From positions 1 through 58,821 of IMG/VR virus record IMGVR_UViG_3300022719_000175: a DNA stretch of 58,821 nt; one strand, 5' to 3'. Under the pieces are notes generated by a model that searched no databases, was not told the origin of the DNA, and saw only the letters and a list, made by a program, of their open reading frames with translations. The stretch comes from a virus. Its lineage: Duplodnaviria > Caudoviricetes. Shown in pieces: positions 1-8,974 of this stretch; the stretch's first letter is position 1, and each line of letters opens with the position of its first letter. The position numbers were made by a program, and so were the translations under genes.

Positions 1-127
1 ACGACTTCTGCGGCGACGAGCTTGAGCTCGGACGATGGCGCGGTCAGGTAGCGTCATCCTTGCGCGGCAAGCGCGGGCAGCGGTTCTTGCGCGATCTCAT
101 CGATGCCCTCGACGCGATGCCCGAAAA
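1..127. repeat. Terminal direct repeat, copy 1 (circular assembly overlap)
   Basis: Bases 1-127 are identical to 58695-58821. The length equals a common assembler k-mer, and the repeat falls inside a gene. Confidence 0.95.
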
Positions 128-428
128 GGTGCTGATCGCGGGCGCGTTCGAGCGGGACGGCAAGGTCTGCGCCTCGGGCGCGGTCGGGAGACTGCGCGGC
201 GTGTCGCTCGCCGACCTGAACCCATCGGACGACGACCTCTGGGACTACTCGTACGACGTTGAGAGCCCTTGGAATTGTCGTGCTGCGGAACGGCTCGATG
301 TTGCGGTCCCGCTGATCGCCGAGGTCGAGGAGGTGAACGATGGGTTTTCCTATGGCAACGAGAGCGACGAGGACCGATGGAAGCGCGTGCGCTTGTGGGC
401 CGCGAGACATCTCAGGGAGGAAGCATGA
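60..428 (+). CDS. Conserved phage hypothetical protein, 3' part; the true start is ATG 58676 across the circular junction
   Basis: The frame is continuous from ATG 58676 (RBS GGAGGAGG): MRSGYAHDFCGDELELGRWRGQVASSLRGKRGQRFLRDL... Confidence 0.8.
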   Translation: MRGKRGQRFLRDLIDALDAMPEKVLIAGAFERDGKVCASGAVGRLRGVSLADLNPSDDDLWDYSYDVESPWNCRAAERLDVAVPLIAEVEEVNDGFSYGNESDEDRWKRVRLWAARHLREEA

Positions 429-504
429 ACACCGACGAGATCGAGAATGCGCCGTGGCACTGGTCTACGCATTGGCCTTGCTGGCCTAGGGAGAGGGGCG
501 AGGG

Positions 505-705
505 ATGAGACACGCGCCTTACTGTTGGGGCGGAAGCGGTCGGGAGTGCGTGCACCCCGAGTGCGATACCATCGTCCGCCTGTACGATGCGGATCGCGAG
601 ATCGTGCCCGGTACCATGTGCCGTGATTGCGCGACGGAAGTCATCGATGAGTACCGGGAGAAGCTCGGCTGGCACTGGACCTATGCCATTTGGGAGGGGA
701 GGTGA
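505..705 (+). CDS. Small Cys-rich hypothetical protein (possible Zn-binding)
   Basis: CVHPEC...CRDC motifs; RBS GAGG; overlapping gene packing. Confidence 0.55.
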   Translation: MRHAPYCWGGSGRECVHPECDTIVRLYDADREIVPGTMCRDCATEVIDEYREKLGWHWTYAIWEGR

Positions 706-903
706 ACCCGCGCGAGGTGCTCAACGTCCTACTCTGGGACTGGCAGCGAAGCTACGGAGGGGGAGCGTGCTCGGGCGGCCCCGCCTCCATCATGACCAGC
801 GAAGTAGAGGCGTGGCTTTGCTCCCGCCTCACACACTGGGAGAGCATCGTTGAAGATTACGAGGATAGGAGCGAGGGATGAGACACGGGCACGAACTGGA
901 GGG

Positions 904-1191
904 ATGAGCATGGACAACCACGACTACAAGACGCTTGCCCACATCGCAGATCACAGCCTCGCTCGCATCGCCGACTCCCTGGGGAAGATCGCGGAGGCTA
1001 CCGGGTGGGTGTCGGACTCGCCGTTCTTCACGCCGAAGCCCGAGCCCGATGATCGGATGGCGATCCTCCGCGCCGTGCGGGAGAGGGTGAAGGGGATGGA
1101 GTTCGAGACGACAGAGGGTGACATCGCACCGGGCATCCTCGACAAAGACGAAGTCCTCGCGATGCTCGAAGAACTGGAGGAGAAAGCATGA
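904..1191 (+). CDS. Hypothetical protein
   Basis: GGAGG RBS before ATG 904/910; stop overlaps the next ATG. Confidence 0.6.
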   Translation: MSMDNHDYKTLAHIADHSLARIADSLGKIAEATGWVSDSPFFTPKPEPDDRMAILRAVRERVKGMEFETTEGDIAPGILDKDEVLAMLEELEEKA

Positions 1192-1460
1192 ACACCGACG
1201 AGACCGATCGGATCATCGTGTCCGCACTCCTGATAAACCCCTCCAACTACACCGTCGAGGATCTCCCTGATCGCTTCGACTTCCGTAGGTGCGCACCGGA
1301 GCTGCTCCGCGCCGTGGCCCGGACCGTCCAACAGGCCGAGCGGCGGACGATGCGGGACGCGCTCAAGGCTCGGTACTTCGACTCCGACTGGCCCGACACC
1401 GATTACGCCGAGTGGTTCGAGAAGGGCGGGCGCTTCGAGATCGAGGAGGGGACGCCGTGA
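1188..1460 (+). CDS. Hypothetical protein
   Basis: ATGA overlap with the upstream gene; RBS GGAGGAG. Confidence 0.6.
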   Translation: MNTDETDRIIVSALLINPSNYTVEDLPDRFDFRRCAPELLRAVARTVQQAERRTMRDALKARYFDSDWPDTDYAEWFEKGGRFEIEEGTP

Positions 1461-2020
1461 AGAAGACACCCACCATCTTCCTGCGGAACGAGAAGGACCG
1501 ATCCAAGGTCACGGACGAGATCAACCCGGACGCACGCTGGGTGTTCTCCGGAGAAGGCGTCGCCACCCGCAAGTACGACGGCACTGCCTGCGCGATCATC
1601 GACGGCGCCCTCTACAAGCGGCGCGAGGTCAAGAAGGGCAAGCCGATCCCGAGCGGTTTCATCGAGAGCGACTACGACGAGAACACCGGCAAGCGGTTCG
1701 GCTGGATGGAGTGCGACCCGCTCGACAAAGCAGACCGCTGGCACTTCGAGGCGTACGACCCGTACGAAAACCGGCTGGGCGATGGAACCTACGAACTCGT
1801 CGGGCCGAAGGTCCAGGGGAACCCGGAGGGCTACGAGAACCACACCCTCGTCCCGCACGCGGACGCGGAGGAGTACCCCGACGCCCCCCGAGACTGGTCC
1901 GGACTCCGTGACTGGCTCGCCGACAAGGACATCGAGGGGCTCGTCTGGCACCACCCGGACGGACGCATGGCCAAGATCAAGAAACGCGATTTCGGGCTTG
2001 AGAGGAAGGAGCTAAAGTGA
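1457..2020 (+). CDS. RNA ligase-like nucleotidyltransferase (DUF5565/RLIG1-like)
   Basis: Motif I ATRKYDGT (KxDG), motif IV IEGLVWH and motif V MAKIK; GTG start with RBS GAGGAGG. Confidence 0.75.
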   Translation: MKKTPTIFLRNEKDRSKVTDEINPDARWVFSGEGVATRKYDGTACAIIDGALYKRREVKKGKPIPSGFIESDYDENTGKRFGWMECDPLDKADRWHFEAYDPYENRLGDGTYELVGPKVQGNPEGYENHTLVPHADAEEYPDAPRDWSGLRDWLADKDIEGLVWHHPDGRMAKIKKRDFGLERKELK

Positions 2021-2655
2021 AGCTGACCAAGGGAAAAGGCACCCCCGAGACCGGCGGCTGCTGGATGGTCGCTGCGTCGATGTATGCAACCGGGACGTGG
2101 GACGACCAGCCGGCGTGCGTGCCGCCGACGCTGCGTACGATGTGCGTCCTCCTCAACGACATGTGCTCGGACGGCGAGCGAGAGGAGCTGCTCGGACCAC
2201 ACCTCTTCGCCCCGCTGGGCCGAGACGCGAGCCTGGAAGCGGAGCTGCAACGCGCGCACCTCTGCGCCGACTGGGCCGTGCGCCGCTACGCCCTCGGAAC
2301 CGCGATCAACGCATGGGCCAGGAAGTGGCTTTCGGGCGAGGACCGTTCGCGGGCGGCGGCGGATGCCGCGGCGACGTCGGCGGTGAGGGCGGCGGGGGCG
2401 GAGGCGGCGTCGCGAGCGGCAGCGGAGGCGGCGGCGGATGCCGCGGCGACGTCGGCGGTGAGGGCGGCGGGGGCGGCGACGGCGGCGGAGGCATCGGCGT
2501 GGGCAGCGGAGGCAGCGGTGGCGGGGGCGGGGGACAAGCAGGCACTCCTCGACCTCATCCTGGAGTGCTGCGAGGTCGGCGATAACCCACCCCAAGAACT
2601 CGATCCCGCCAAGGTGCATGAGGTGATGCGAGTCGTGTGCAAGGAGGAAGCGTGA
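2017..2655 (+). CDS. Ala-rich repeat hypothetical protein
   Basis: 212 aa ORF with a duplicated AAADAAATSAVRAAGA block; GTGA overlap with the upstream gene. Confidence 0.7.
   Translation: MKLTKGKGTPETGGCWMVAASMYATGTWDDQPACVPPTLRTMCVLLNDMCSDGEREELLGPHLFAPLGRDASLEAELQRAHLCADWAVRRYALGTAINAWARKWLSGEDRSRAAADAAATSAVRAAGAEAASRAAAEAAADAAATSAVRAAGAATAAEASAWAAEAAVAGAGDKQALLDLILECCEVGDNPPQELDPAKVHEVMRVVCKEEA
2352..2476 (+). repeat. Intragenic ~50-bp direct repeat, 75-bp period
   Basis: GGCGGCGGCGGATGCCGCGGCGACGTCGGCGGTGAGGGCGGCGGGGGCGG at 2352 and 2427. Confidence 0.9.
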
Positions 2656-2728
2656 GGCTGAGCAAGGGAAAAGGCAGCGGCGGGGGCGCCAGATCGCGGA
2701 CTTCCGGTCTCTGATGATTGGAGAAACG

Positions 2729-3022
2729 ATGGCAAAAAAACAACGGATGCCCGACTACATCGGGCGGGCGCGAAAGGACCAGTCCGGCGCGGGCAAGGGG
2801 GACCGGCAGCGTCCCATGTCGGACGCGTTCGCGGACAACTTCGATGTGGCGTTCTCCAACGGGGAGGCCGCCGTGGAGGACACGGACCCGGAGCCGGGCC
2901 CCGTCGGCCACTACGCCCGCGAGATCGTGGCGGGGCCGGATGGCACGCGCGGACCGCGATACCTGATGGACCCCGGATCGCTGCTGCGGTTCATCGATGA
3001 TGTAGAGGCCCTGGATGCGTAA
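2729..3022 (+). CDS. Hypothetical protein
   Basis: ATG with RBS GGAG; MAKKQRMPDY... Confidence 0.55.
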   Translation: MAKKQRMPDYIGRARKDQSGAGKGDRQRPMSDAFADNFDVAFSNGEAAVEDTDPEPGPVGHYAREIVAGPDGTRGPRYLMDPGSLLRFIDDVEALDA

Positions 3023-3347
3023 CGAACTGCGAGTAGATTTCCAACAGGCGCGGAACGCAGAGGAACGGCGCGCCGTGTGGTTGAAGGCTTTGCGGAGCGG
3101 AGCCTATCGGCGCGGCATCGGCCAGTTGGCCCATGCTGATGCCAAGCACTACTGCTGCATGGGTGTTCTGTGCGACTTGGCGGACCCGGCCCGCGAGACC
3201 TGGAACCGTGAATGGTCTTTCCCGCCGAAAGAAATCACGGCCCTGGTGGATTGGAAGGTGGATCCGTTCACACTGGCGGAAGTGAACGACGACCTGGATC
3301 TGCGCGGGTTCCGCACGCAGGCAACCATGATCGAAAAGGGGGAATAG
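3015..3347 (+). CDS. Conserved phage hypothetical protein
   Basis: W.KALRSG.Y.....L......YCC.GVLCDL pattern, which I recognise as common in phage small proteins. Confidence 0.7.
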   Translation: MRNELRVDFQQARNAEERRAVWLKALRSGAYRRGIGQLAHADAKHYCCMGVLCDLADPARETWNREWSFPPKEITALVDWKVDPFTLAEVNDDLDLRGFRTQATMIEKGE

Positions 3348-3432
3348 TGTTGCCTACGCTGGTGCTCCTCGGTGATGTTTGCGGCGCGGTCAAAGCCGGG
3401 ACGACGCACAGGTGCTCAACGAAAGGAACCGA

Positions 3433-4056
3433 ATGATCCCCATCCTCCTCATCGCCCTCATCGCCCCGGCGGGCGGCGGCGAGCCCGAAATCAACGTCAT
3501 CGTCAACGAGACCGCCCGGTTCGACGCGGGCATCTGGTCGGCCGACGTGGCCGGGACCTCGCTCTCCGTCACCCTGTCGGCGACCATCCTCCCCTCGACC
3601 CTCGGGATCGTCTACCCTGCGATCCTCCCCGAGCCCGGAGTCGCGCTCGTCTCGTCGAGCACCTGGGCGTCGGGCGACGAGGTCTTCATCTCCGCGACCC
3701 TCTCCGGCTCGTGGGACGTCGGCGACCCGCTCTTCCGGCTCCTCGGCGTCTGCAACGCGGCCGAGCCCGTGACGTGGACCGCCGCGAGCGGCGGCTCGGC
3801 GACCTGGGAGTGGTCGGACGTTCAGCGCGGCGACGTGGACGGCAGCGGGACGGTGAACATCGCGGACGCCATCGCGCTACTGGCCGCCAACCTGGGCCCT
3901 TGCGTGGACGCGGCCGACGCAAACGATGATGGGGCGGTTGACATCGCTGATGCGGTGGTTATACTGGATGCGGTGTTCCAGGGCTGGGAGCTCCAGCCGT
4001 GCGGCGTGGACCTGACCCTGGACTTCCTGAACTGCGATGGCGGCGTGTGCCCGTGA
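3433..4056 (+). CDS. Exported protein with C-terminal dockerin-like (paired EF-hand) domain
   Basis: Hydrophobic N-terminus; RGDVDGSGTVNIADAI...CVDAADANDDGAVDIADAV. Confidence 0.8.
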   Translation: MIPILLIALIAPAGGGEPEINVIVNETARFDAGIWSADVAGTSLSVTLSATILPSTLGIVYPAILPEPGVALVSSSTWASGDEVFISATLSGSWDVGDPLFRLLGVCNAAEPVTWTAASGGSATWEWSDVQRGDVDGSGTVNIADAIALLAANLGPCVDAADANDDGAVDIADAVVILDAVFQGWELQPCGVDLTLDFLNCDGGVCP

Positions 4057-4079
4057 TCGCGCAAATGAAAGGTGGTCCG

Positions 4080-5207
4080 ATGCTTCGGATCCTGTGTTGT
4101 TTCCTAGCCGTGACGCCGGGACTGTTCGCCCAGAATGACCTGGCGGAAAAGTTCATCGAGGACAACCTCTCGACGGACCTCCATATCCTTCTACCGCTCG
4201 ACGAGACGACGGGCGATCCGCAGGACACGTCCGGCAACAACCTGGACGGCACCCTGGAGGGCGGCGCGACTCTCGGGGCTGACCCCGTGGTCGATGAGGT
4301 CCTCAACTCGTCCGCCGCGGCGGTACAGATCGACGAGGGCGACTTCATCGAGGTCGTCGACCCGACCCGGATCGGCTGCGGCGACTTCTCCATCGCCATG
4401 TGGGTCCAACTCGACATCGACCTGACGGACTCCGAGGGCTACAACCTGCCCGGGACCGACATCTGGTCGGCGGGACTGTTCCGCAAGGGCAACGGTATGG
4501 CGGGGACGATCCGCTACGACGTGTCCGAAGATGATTTCACCATCGCGATGACCCTGTTTCACCCGCCGTCCGGCGGCGGCCTGTGCGATGGGTCGTCCGG
4601 CTCCCTCGGCGAGGACGAGATTTTCGCCCGCGTCATCCTGCCGTCGTCTCAATTCGATCCGATGGAAGAGCATCTGTACGTCTTCACATACGACCAGTCG
4701 GAAGGAATGGCGTTCGCCTGGGTGGATTTCCAGGCATACGACGACGACATGGTGAACGACCACGGTTTCTTTACCCAAACGCCAAACGAATGGCGGTTCG
4801 GCACGGGCGACCCTGGTATGGTGAATTCTGAGGCCCAAGGGCAAATCGACCTCATCGCGGTTTGGACGCGGCCGCTCACGACAACGGAGATCCACGACCT
4901 CGCCGACATCGGGCACGAGGGCGTCGATTTCATCCGCGGCGACACGAACGCGGACGGCGTGCTGAACATCGCCGACGTGTCCAACATCGCCAACTACGTG
5001 ACCGCCGGGACGTTCTCGCCGGACTGCATCGAGGCGCTCGACGCGAACGACGACGGCCAAGTGGACATCGCGGATTCGTCCTACCTGTCGTCCTACCTCT
5101 TCGGGACCCCGCCGGGACCGGCGCCCGGAGCGCCGACGTCGTGCGGTCGCGAGGCCGGGATCGACCAGGACGACGACACGTGCCTGGCGGAAACGAACTG
5201 CAACTAG
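4080..5207 (+). CDS. Secreted LamG/concanavalin A-like domain protein with C-terminal dockerin-like domain
   Basis: Signal peptide (MLRILCCFLAVTPGLFAQ); LamG hallmarks (LDETTG..DTSGN, FSIAMWV, GQIDLIAVWTRPLT..EI); FIRGDTNADG..NIAD...CIEALDANDDGQVDIAD. Confidence 0.82.
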   Translation: MLRILCCFLAVTPGLFAQNDLAEKFIEDNLSTDLHILLPLDETTGDPQDTSGNNLDGTLEGGATLGADPVVDEVLNSSAAAVQIDEGDFIEVVDPTRIGCGDFSIAMWVQLDIDLTDSEGYNLPGTDIWSAGLFRKGNGMAGTIRYDVSEDDFTIAMTLFHPPSGGGLCDGSSGSLGEDEIFARVILPSSQFDPMEEHLYVFTYDQSEGMAFAWVDFQAYDDDMVNDHGFFTQTPNEWRFGTGDPGMVNSEAQGQIDLIAVWTRPLTTTEIHDLADIGHEGVDFIRGDTNADGVLNIADVSNIANYVTAGTFSPDCIEALDANDDGQVDIADSSYLSSYLFGTPPGPAPGAPTSCGREAGIDQDDDTCLAETNCN

Positions 5208-5217
5208 GAGAGAAGAA

Positions 5218-5985
5218 ATGGCTTTCGGAGCGACAGAGCGTGAGCACGGCAGGTTCGACCAAACGTACCTGTCTGAGAAGAACCACGGCACGAGCATCCA
5301 TCGCGACTACATCAGCCACTGCGAGCGCTGGAGTCACGCCTGCGAGATCGGTCGCAAGAACCGCGTGCTCGATCTCGGCTGCGGTCCCGAGTGGCCGCTG
5401 GGCAAGGCGCTCAAGAGGCGAGCAGGGGCAAACAACCGGGCGAAGCTGTACGTCGGCATCGACCTGAGTCCCGTTCACGTGCGGAACAAGCCGGTCACGG
5501 AACACGAGAGCCCCAGCGGCGACTTCATCCTGCGCGGCGATTTCAACCTGCTCGAGGACGAGATCCCGGCGGGTCCGTTCGACGTGGTGGCCTGCTTCGA
5601 GGTCCTCGAGCACATGGGTGAAGAGGACGGGCGCCGCTTGCTCGAAGTGGCTCGGGATCAGATCGCTGACGACGGCGTGTTCCTGCTCTCGACGCCGGTG
5701 AAGCAGGGGGATCACCAGGCCCGGAATCACATCAAGGAGTGGTACCGCGACGAGCTGCGCGAGGCGATCCTGGAGGCGGAGCTCGAGGTGGTCGAGGAGT
5801 TCGGCACCTACGGGGACCTGCGGGAGATCCGCAAGGCCCTCGTGGCGCGCGAAGAGACCGCGCTCGTCGAGGCCATGGACCGCATGACAGCGTTCCACTC
5901 GGCCGATTACGTGTCCGCCGCGTTCGGCTTCGTGGCGCCCGAGGCCTGCAAGAACATCATGTGGAAATTGCGCCGAGGTGGCTAA
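5218..5985 (+). CDS. Class I SAM-dependent methyltransferase (small-molecule/glycan type)
   Basis: Motif I VLDLGCG, YVGID, FDVVACFEVLEH and LLSTP; no DPPY or PC DNA-MTase motif. Confidence 0.85.
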   Translation: MAFGATEREHGRFDQTYLSEKNHGTSIHRDYISHCERWSHACEIGRKNRVLDLGCGPEWPLGKALKRRAGANNRAKLYVGIDLSPVHVRNKPVTEHESPSGDFILRGDFNLLEDEIPAGPFDVVACFEVLEHMGEEDGRRLLEVARDQIADDGVFLLSTPVKQGDHQARNHIKEWYRDELREAILEAELEVVEEFGTYGDLREIRKALVAREETALVEAMDRMTAFHSADYVSAAFGFVAPEACKNIMWKLRRGG

Positions 5986-6234
5986 AAAATAGCCACTCGT
6001 ACTAGCGGGGTTCTCGTTCCTCGTGGTAGCGCGTTCTCTGCTGTCCGCCTCCTTCGGTGGCTCGGAAGAGGGCAAACCAGGTCGGGTTGTTTCGCAAGAA
6101 ATCAACCCAATGTGGTTGATTGGCGGATCACCTGTCTCGCCCCCTCTCCACTGGTGGGTCGCCGACTGGACGAACGAGACCCCCGCTTCTCATTTCCGAG
6201 AATCCTGTTTTGAGCACCCCCCGCGTTCTGAGAT

Positions 6235-6530
6235 CGACTCAAAACAGCACCCTCGTCCTCTCAGATTTGAGCGGACGCAATCCAAGTCCCCGCAACGGCT
6301 TAGCTCACCTCTACTCAAAACACTCGCTTCTTCAAGACGTTTTGAAAACCCCCGGGGAAACCCCCGGGGAAACCCCCTACCCCTTATTCCTTATACTCTC
6401 TAAGAAGTAAGAAAAATAAGAGGTTTGAGGGAAGTGTAGATAAGCTCAGTTCTGGGCACGGCTTGCGTCCGCTCAAAATCTCGCAACCCTCACTCAAAAT
6501 CTCAAAACTGCCCCGGTCGCCCTCTATCGC
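6235..6530. other. Origin-like non-coding element A
   Basis: Multiple CTCAAAA/TTTGAG motifs, an AAACCCCCGGGG tandem repeat and an AT-rich core; inverted homolog of 35024-35286. Confidence 0.6.
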
Positions 6531-6658
6531 GCTTGAGCGCCCCCAGCCCTGCGACGCCACGCCGCCAGCTCCCCCGTCGCGACTCGGCGCGATCCCCCGG
6601 TCCTCGCCCGTGTCTCTGCCCCCACCGTGGGCAACCCCAGGGGGAGGGGTACTCGAGA

Positions 6659-6681
6659 GTGCCCACTTGTGATACAATTGG
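6659..6681 (+). promoter_or_regulatory. Putative late promoter (extended -10) upstream of terS
   Basis: GTGCCCACTTGTGATACAATTGG; 20/23 identical to 13670-13692 upstream of the major capsid gene. Confidence 0.65.
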
Positions 6682-6731
6682 GCTCGACCCGCCCGGCGTG
6701 AGGCCGGAGGGCAGTAGGGAGAACCTGCGGG

Positions 6732-7418
6732 ATGACGGACAAATCGCCGATGAAGGGCCGAGCCGGCCCGCCGCATCGACCGCTGACTCGTGCGGACATC
6801 ATAGCTGCGCGTGAGACCGGCTCTATCCTCAAGCACGCACAGACGCTCTGCGACTTCGCCGTGTCCAACCCGGTGGACGTCCGCGAGTTCACGCCACCCG
6901 ACCCTCCCGAGCAAGGCATCTACAACGACGACTGGAAGAAGTACACGCTCGAGGTCCTCCTCTGCACCGGCACTTACTCGGCTGCCGCGTCGCTGGTGGG
7001 CTTCCGGCGCGAGACCATCTTCGCGTGGGCAGAGGAAGACCCGGAGTTCAAGCGGGCGCTGCAGCACGTGCGGAACGTCGCCCAGGCCCTGCGCAAGCTC
7101 CGGACGCGATCCGAGCTCGAGCGCCGCGGGATTGAGGGCTTCAACCACAAGCCGGTCTTCGACAAGAACGGCGACCCGGTCATCGACCCGGCAACCGGCG
7201 AGCAGGTTTACACGGCGCAGTACTCGGACGCCGCGCTGATGAAGCTCGCAGACATGGACTTCCCCGAGCTCAAGGACCGTGGGCCTGTCGTCGAAGTAAA
7301 CGCCTCCGGCGTCATCCGCGTTCCGGAGAAGTCAGAGGACGCCGAGGACTTCGACAAGAAGTATGGGGACCTTGAGTCGCCGACGATCGAGGACGCCGAT
7401 TTCGAGGTCAAGGAATGA
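6732..7418 (+). CDS. terS: Terminase small subunit
   Basis: HTH (YSAAASLVGFRRETIFAW), RRGIEG and YSDAALM motifs; immediately upstream of TerL. Confidence 0.8.
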   Translation: MTDKSPMKGRAGPPHRPLTRADIIAARETGSILKHAQTLCDFAVSNPVDVREFTPPDPPEQGIYNDDWKKYTLEVLLCTGTYSAAASLVGFRRETIFAWAEEDPEFKRALQHVRNVAQALRKLRTRSELERRGIEGFNHKPVFDKNGDPVIDPATGEQVYTAQYSDAALMKLADMDFPELKDRGPVVEVNASGVIRVPEKSEDAEDFDKKYGDLESPTIEDADFEVKE

Positions 7419-8866
7419 GCGACAACGTCATCTGGGAACCGAACCCCGGATCGCAGGTCGCTGGTTTGGCCTGCCCCACGTGGGAGCTGCTCATGAGCGG
7501 ACCCCGGGGCACCGGTAAGAGTGAGTTCCTGCTCGCCGACTACGTGTCGGAGGTCGGGCAGGGCTGGCCTCGCTGGCGCGGGCTCATTACGCGGCCGCGG
7601 TACGGCGACCTGACGGACCTGATCCTGAAGTCGCAGTCGTGGTTTCACCTGGCATTCCCCGGAGCCCGGTATACGGCGAGCCCGTTCCCGATGTGGCAGT
7701 TCCCCGACGGGGAGCGGCTCGAGTTCAGGCAGCTCCGCACGCTCGAGGACTACTGGAAAATCCACGGACAGGAGTTCGACTGGTACGGCCCTGACGAGCT
7801 CACAGTCATGGCGGACCCGGAGCCATTCCTCCGGACACTGACCCTTGTGCGAGGGCCGGACGACGGAACACCGCGCCGCGTGCGCGCAGCGACGAACCCG
7901 TCAGGACCCGGGCACAACTGGGTCAAGAAGCGCTACGGCCTTCCACTACCGGGCAACCGCGTCGTGGGGGATGAGATCAAAGCAAGGGGGGAACGACCCC
8001 GCAGAGCGATCTGTGGGTCGATTCCCGAGAATCCGCACCTCGAGAAGGATTACGTCCAGTCGCTCCGGACTGCTTGCACGAGCCCAGCGCAGCTGCGTGC
8101 CTGGCTCTACGGGGACTGGGACATCACCGAAGGCGGCATGTTCGACGATCTGTGGTCGGAGAAAGCACACGTCATCCCCGACCTCGGGCTTGAAGAGATC
8201 CCGCAGGGTTGGCGGCTGTCCCGGTCATTCGACTGGGGCGCCGCCTCCCCATTCTCTATCGGGTGGACGTGGACCAGCGACGGCACGCCGGTCATCAAGG
8301 ACGGCCGGATCCTCGGCGAGGTCCGCGGTGACCGGATCCGCTGGCGCGAGTGGTACGGCGCGACGCCTGAGAACAAGGGCCTGAACCTGCTCAACCGCGA
8401 GATCGCGCAGGGTATCACCGAGCGCGAGGAGCTTTGGGGTGTGCGGGAGCGCGTCCGGCCGGGCAAAGCGGACTCGGCGATATTCACCAAGGCGAATGGC
8501 ACTGGCATGTCGATCGCGGAGGACATGGCGCGCCACGGCGTCCGGTGGCTCGAGAGTGAGAAAGGCCCAGGCAGCCGAATCCAGGGCTGGCAGCAAGTGC
8601 GGCAGCTGCTCGCGGGTGCGTTGCCCGTCGAGGAGGGACGGATTCGGGAGTTCCCTGGTCTGCTGATCTGCGAGAGTTGCAAGGCGGCTCGGGAGTTCCT
8701 GCCCTCAGCGCCGCGGGACGACAAGAAGCCCGACGATGTAGATACGGACTGGGACGGGGACCACGTCTGCGACGAACTGCGGTACGAGGTCTTCGAGAAG
8801 CCGCGCAAGGTGGGCCGCAACTCGTTCCGCGGGAAACGGAAGGCAAGCACAACATGGAGACGATGA
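7415..8866 (+). CDS. terL: Terminase large subunit
   Basis: Walker A GPRGTGKS, Walker B-like GPDELT, ATNPSGPGHNWVK, nuclease SFDWG and DHVCDELRY. Confidence 0.95.
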   Translation: MSDNVIWEPNPGSQVAGLACPTWELLMSGPRGTGKSEFLLADYVSEVGQGWPRWRGLITRPRYGDLTDLILKSQSWFHLAFPGARYTASPFPMWQFPDGERLEFRQLRTLEDYWKIHGQEFDWYGPDELTVMADPEPFLRTLTLVRGPDDGTPRRVRAATNPSGPGHNWVKKRYGLPLPGNRVVGDEIKARGERPRRAICGSIPENPHLEKDYVQSLRTACTSPAQLRAWLYGDWDITEGGMFDDLWSEKAHVIPDLGLEEIPQGWRLSRSFDWGAASPFSIGWTWTSDGTPVIKDGRILGEVRGDRIRWREWYGATPENKGLNLLNREIAQGITEREELWGVRERVRPGKADSAIFTKANGTGMSIAEDMARHGVRWLESEKGPGSRIQGWQQVRQLLAGALPVEEGRIREFPGLLICESCKAAREFLPSAPRDDKKPDDVDTDWDGDHVCDELRYEVFEKPRKVGRNSFRGKRKASTTWRR

Positions 8867-8974
8867 CGTACAAGATCCCCTGCCGCCAGATTCCCTGGTG
8901 CCGCTGCGGGTTCTGCGAGATCCAGACGGATGACCGAGAATACGCGCTGCTCGTACTGAACGACGGGGAAGACG

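Noticed and set aside
1-127. Biological terminal repeat (DTR)
   Set aside because: It is exactly 127 bp and interrupts a gene, consistent with an assembler k-mer overlap rather than physical genome ends.
2352-2476. DGR template/variable repeat or CRISPR-like array
   Set aside because: The copies are identical in-frame Ala-rich repeats. There is no adenine-specific variation, no reverse transcriptase and no spacers.
5218-5985. DNA methyltransferase
   Set aside because: It lacks (D/N/S)PP(Y/F) and PC/ENV catalytic motifs.
6023-6672. ORFs across the first non-coding region (and 34938-35327)
   Set aside because: Atypical composition, no RBS, and they overlap repeat-rich regulatory DNA.
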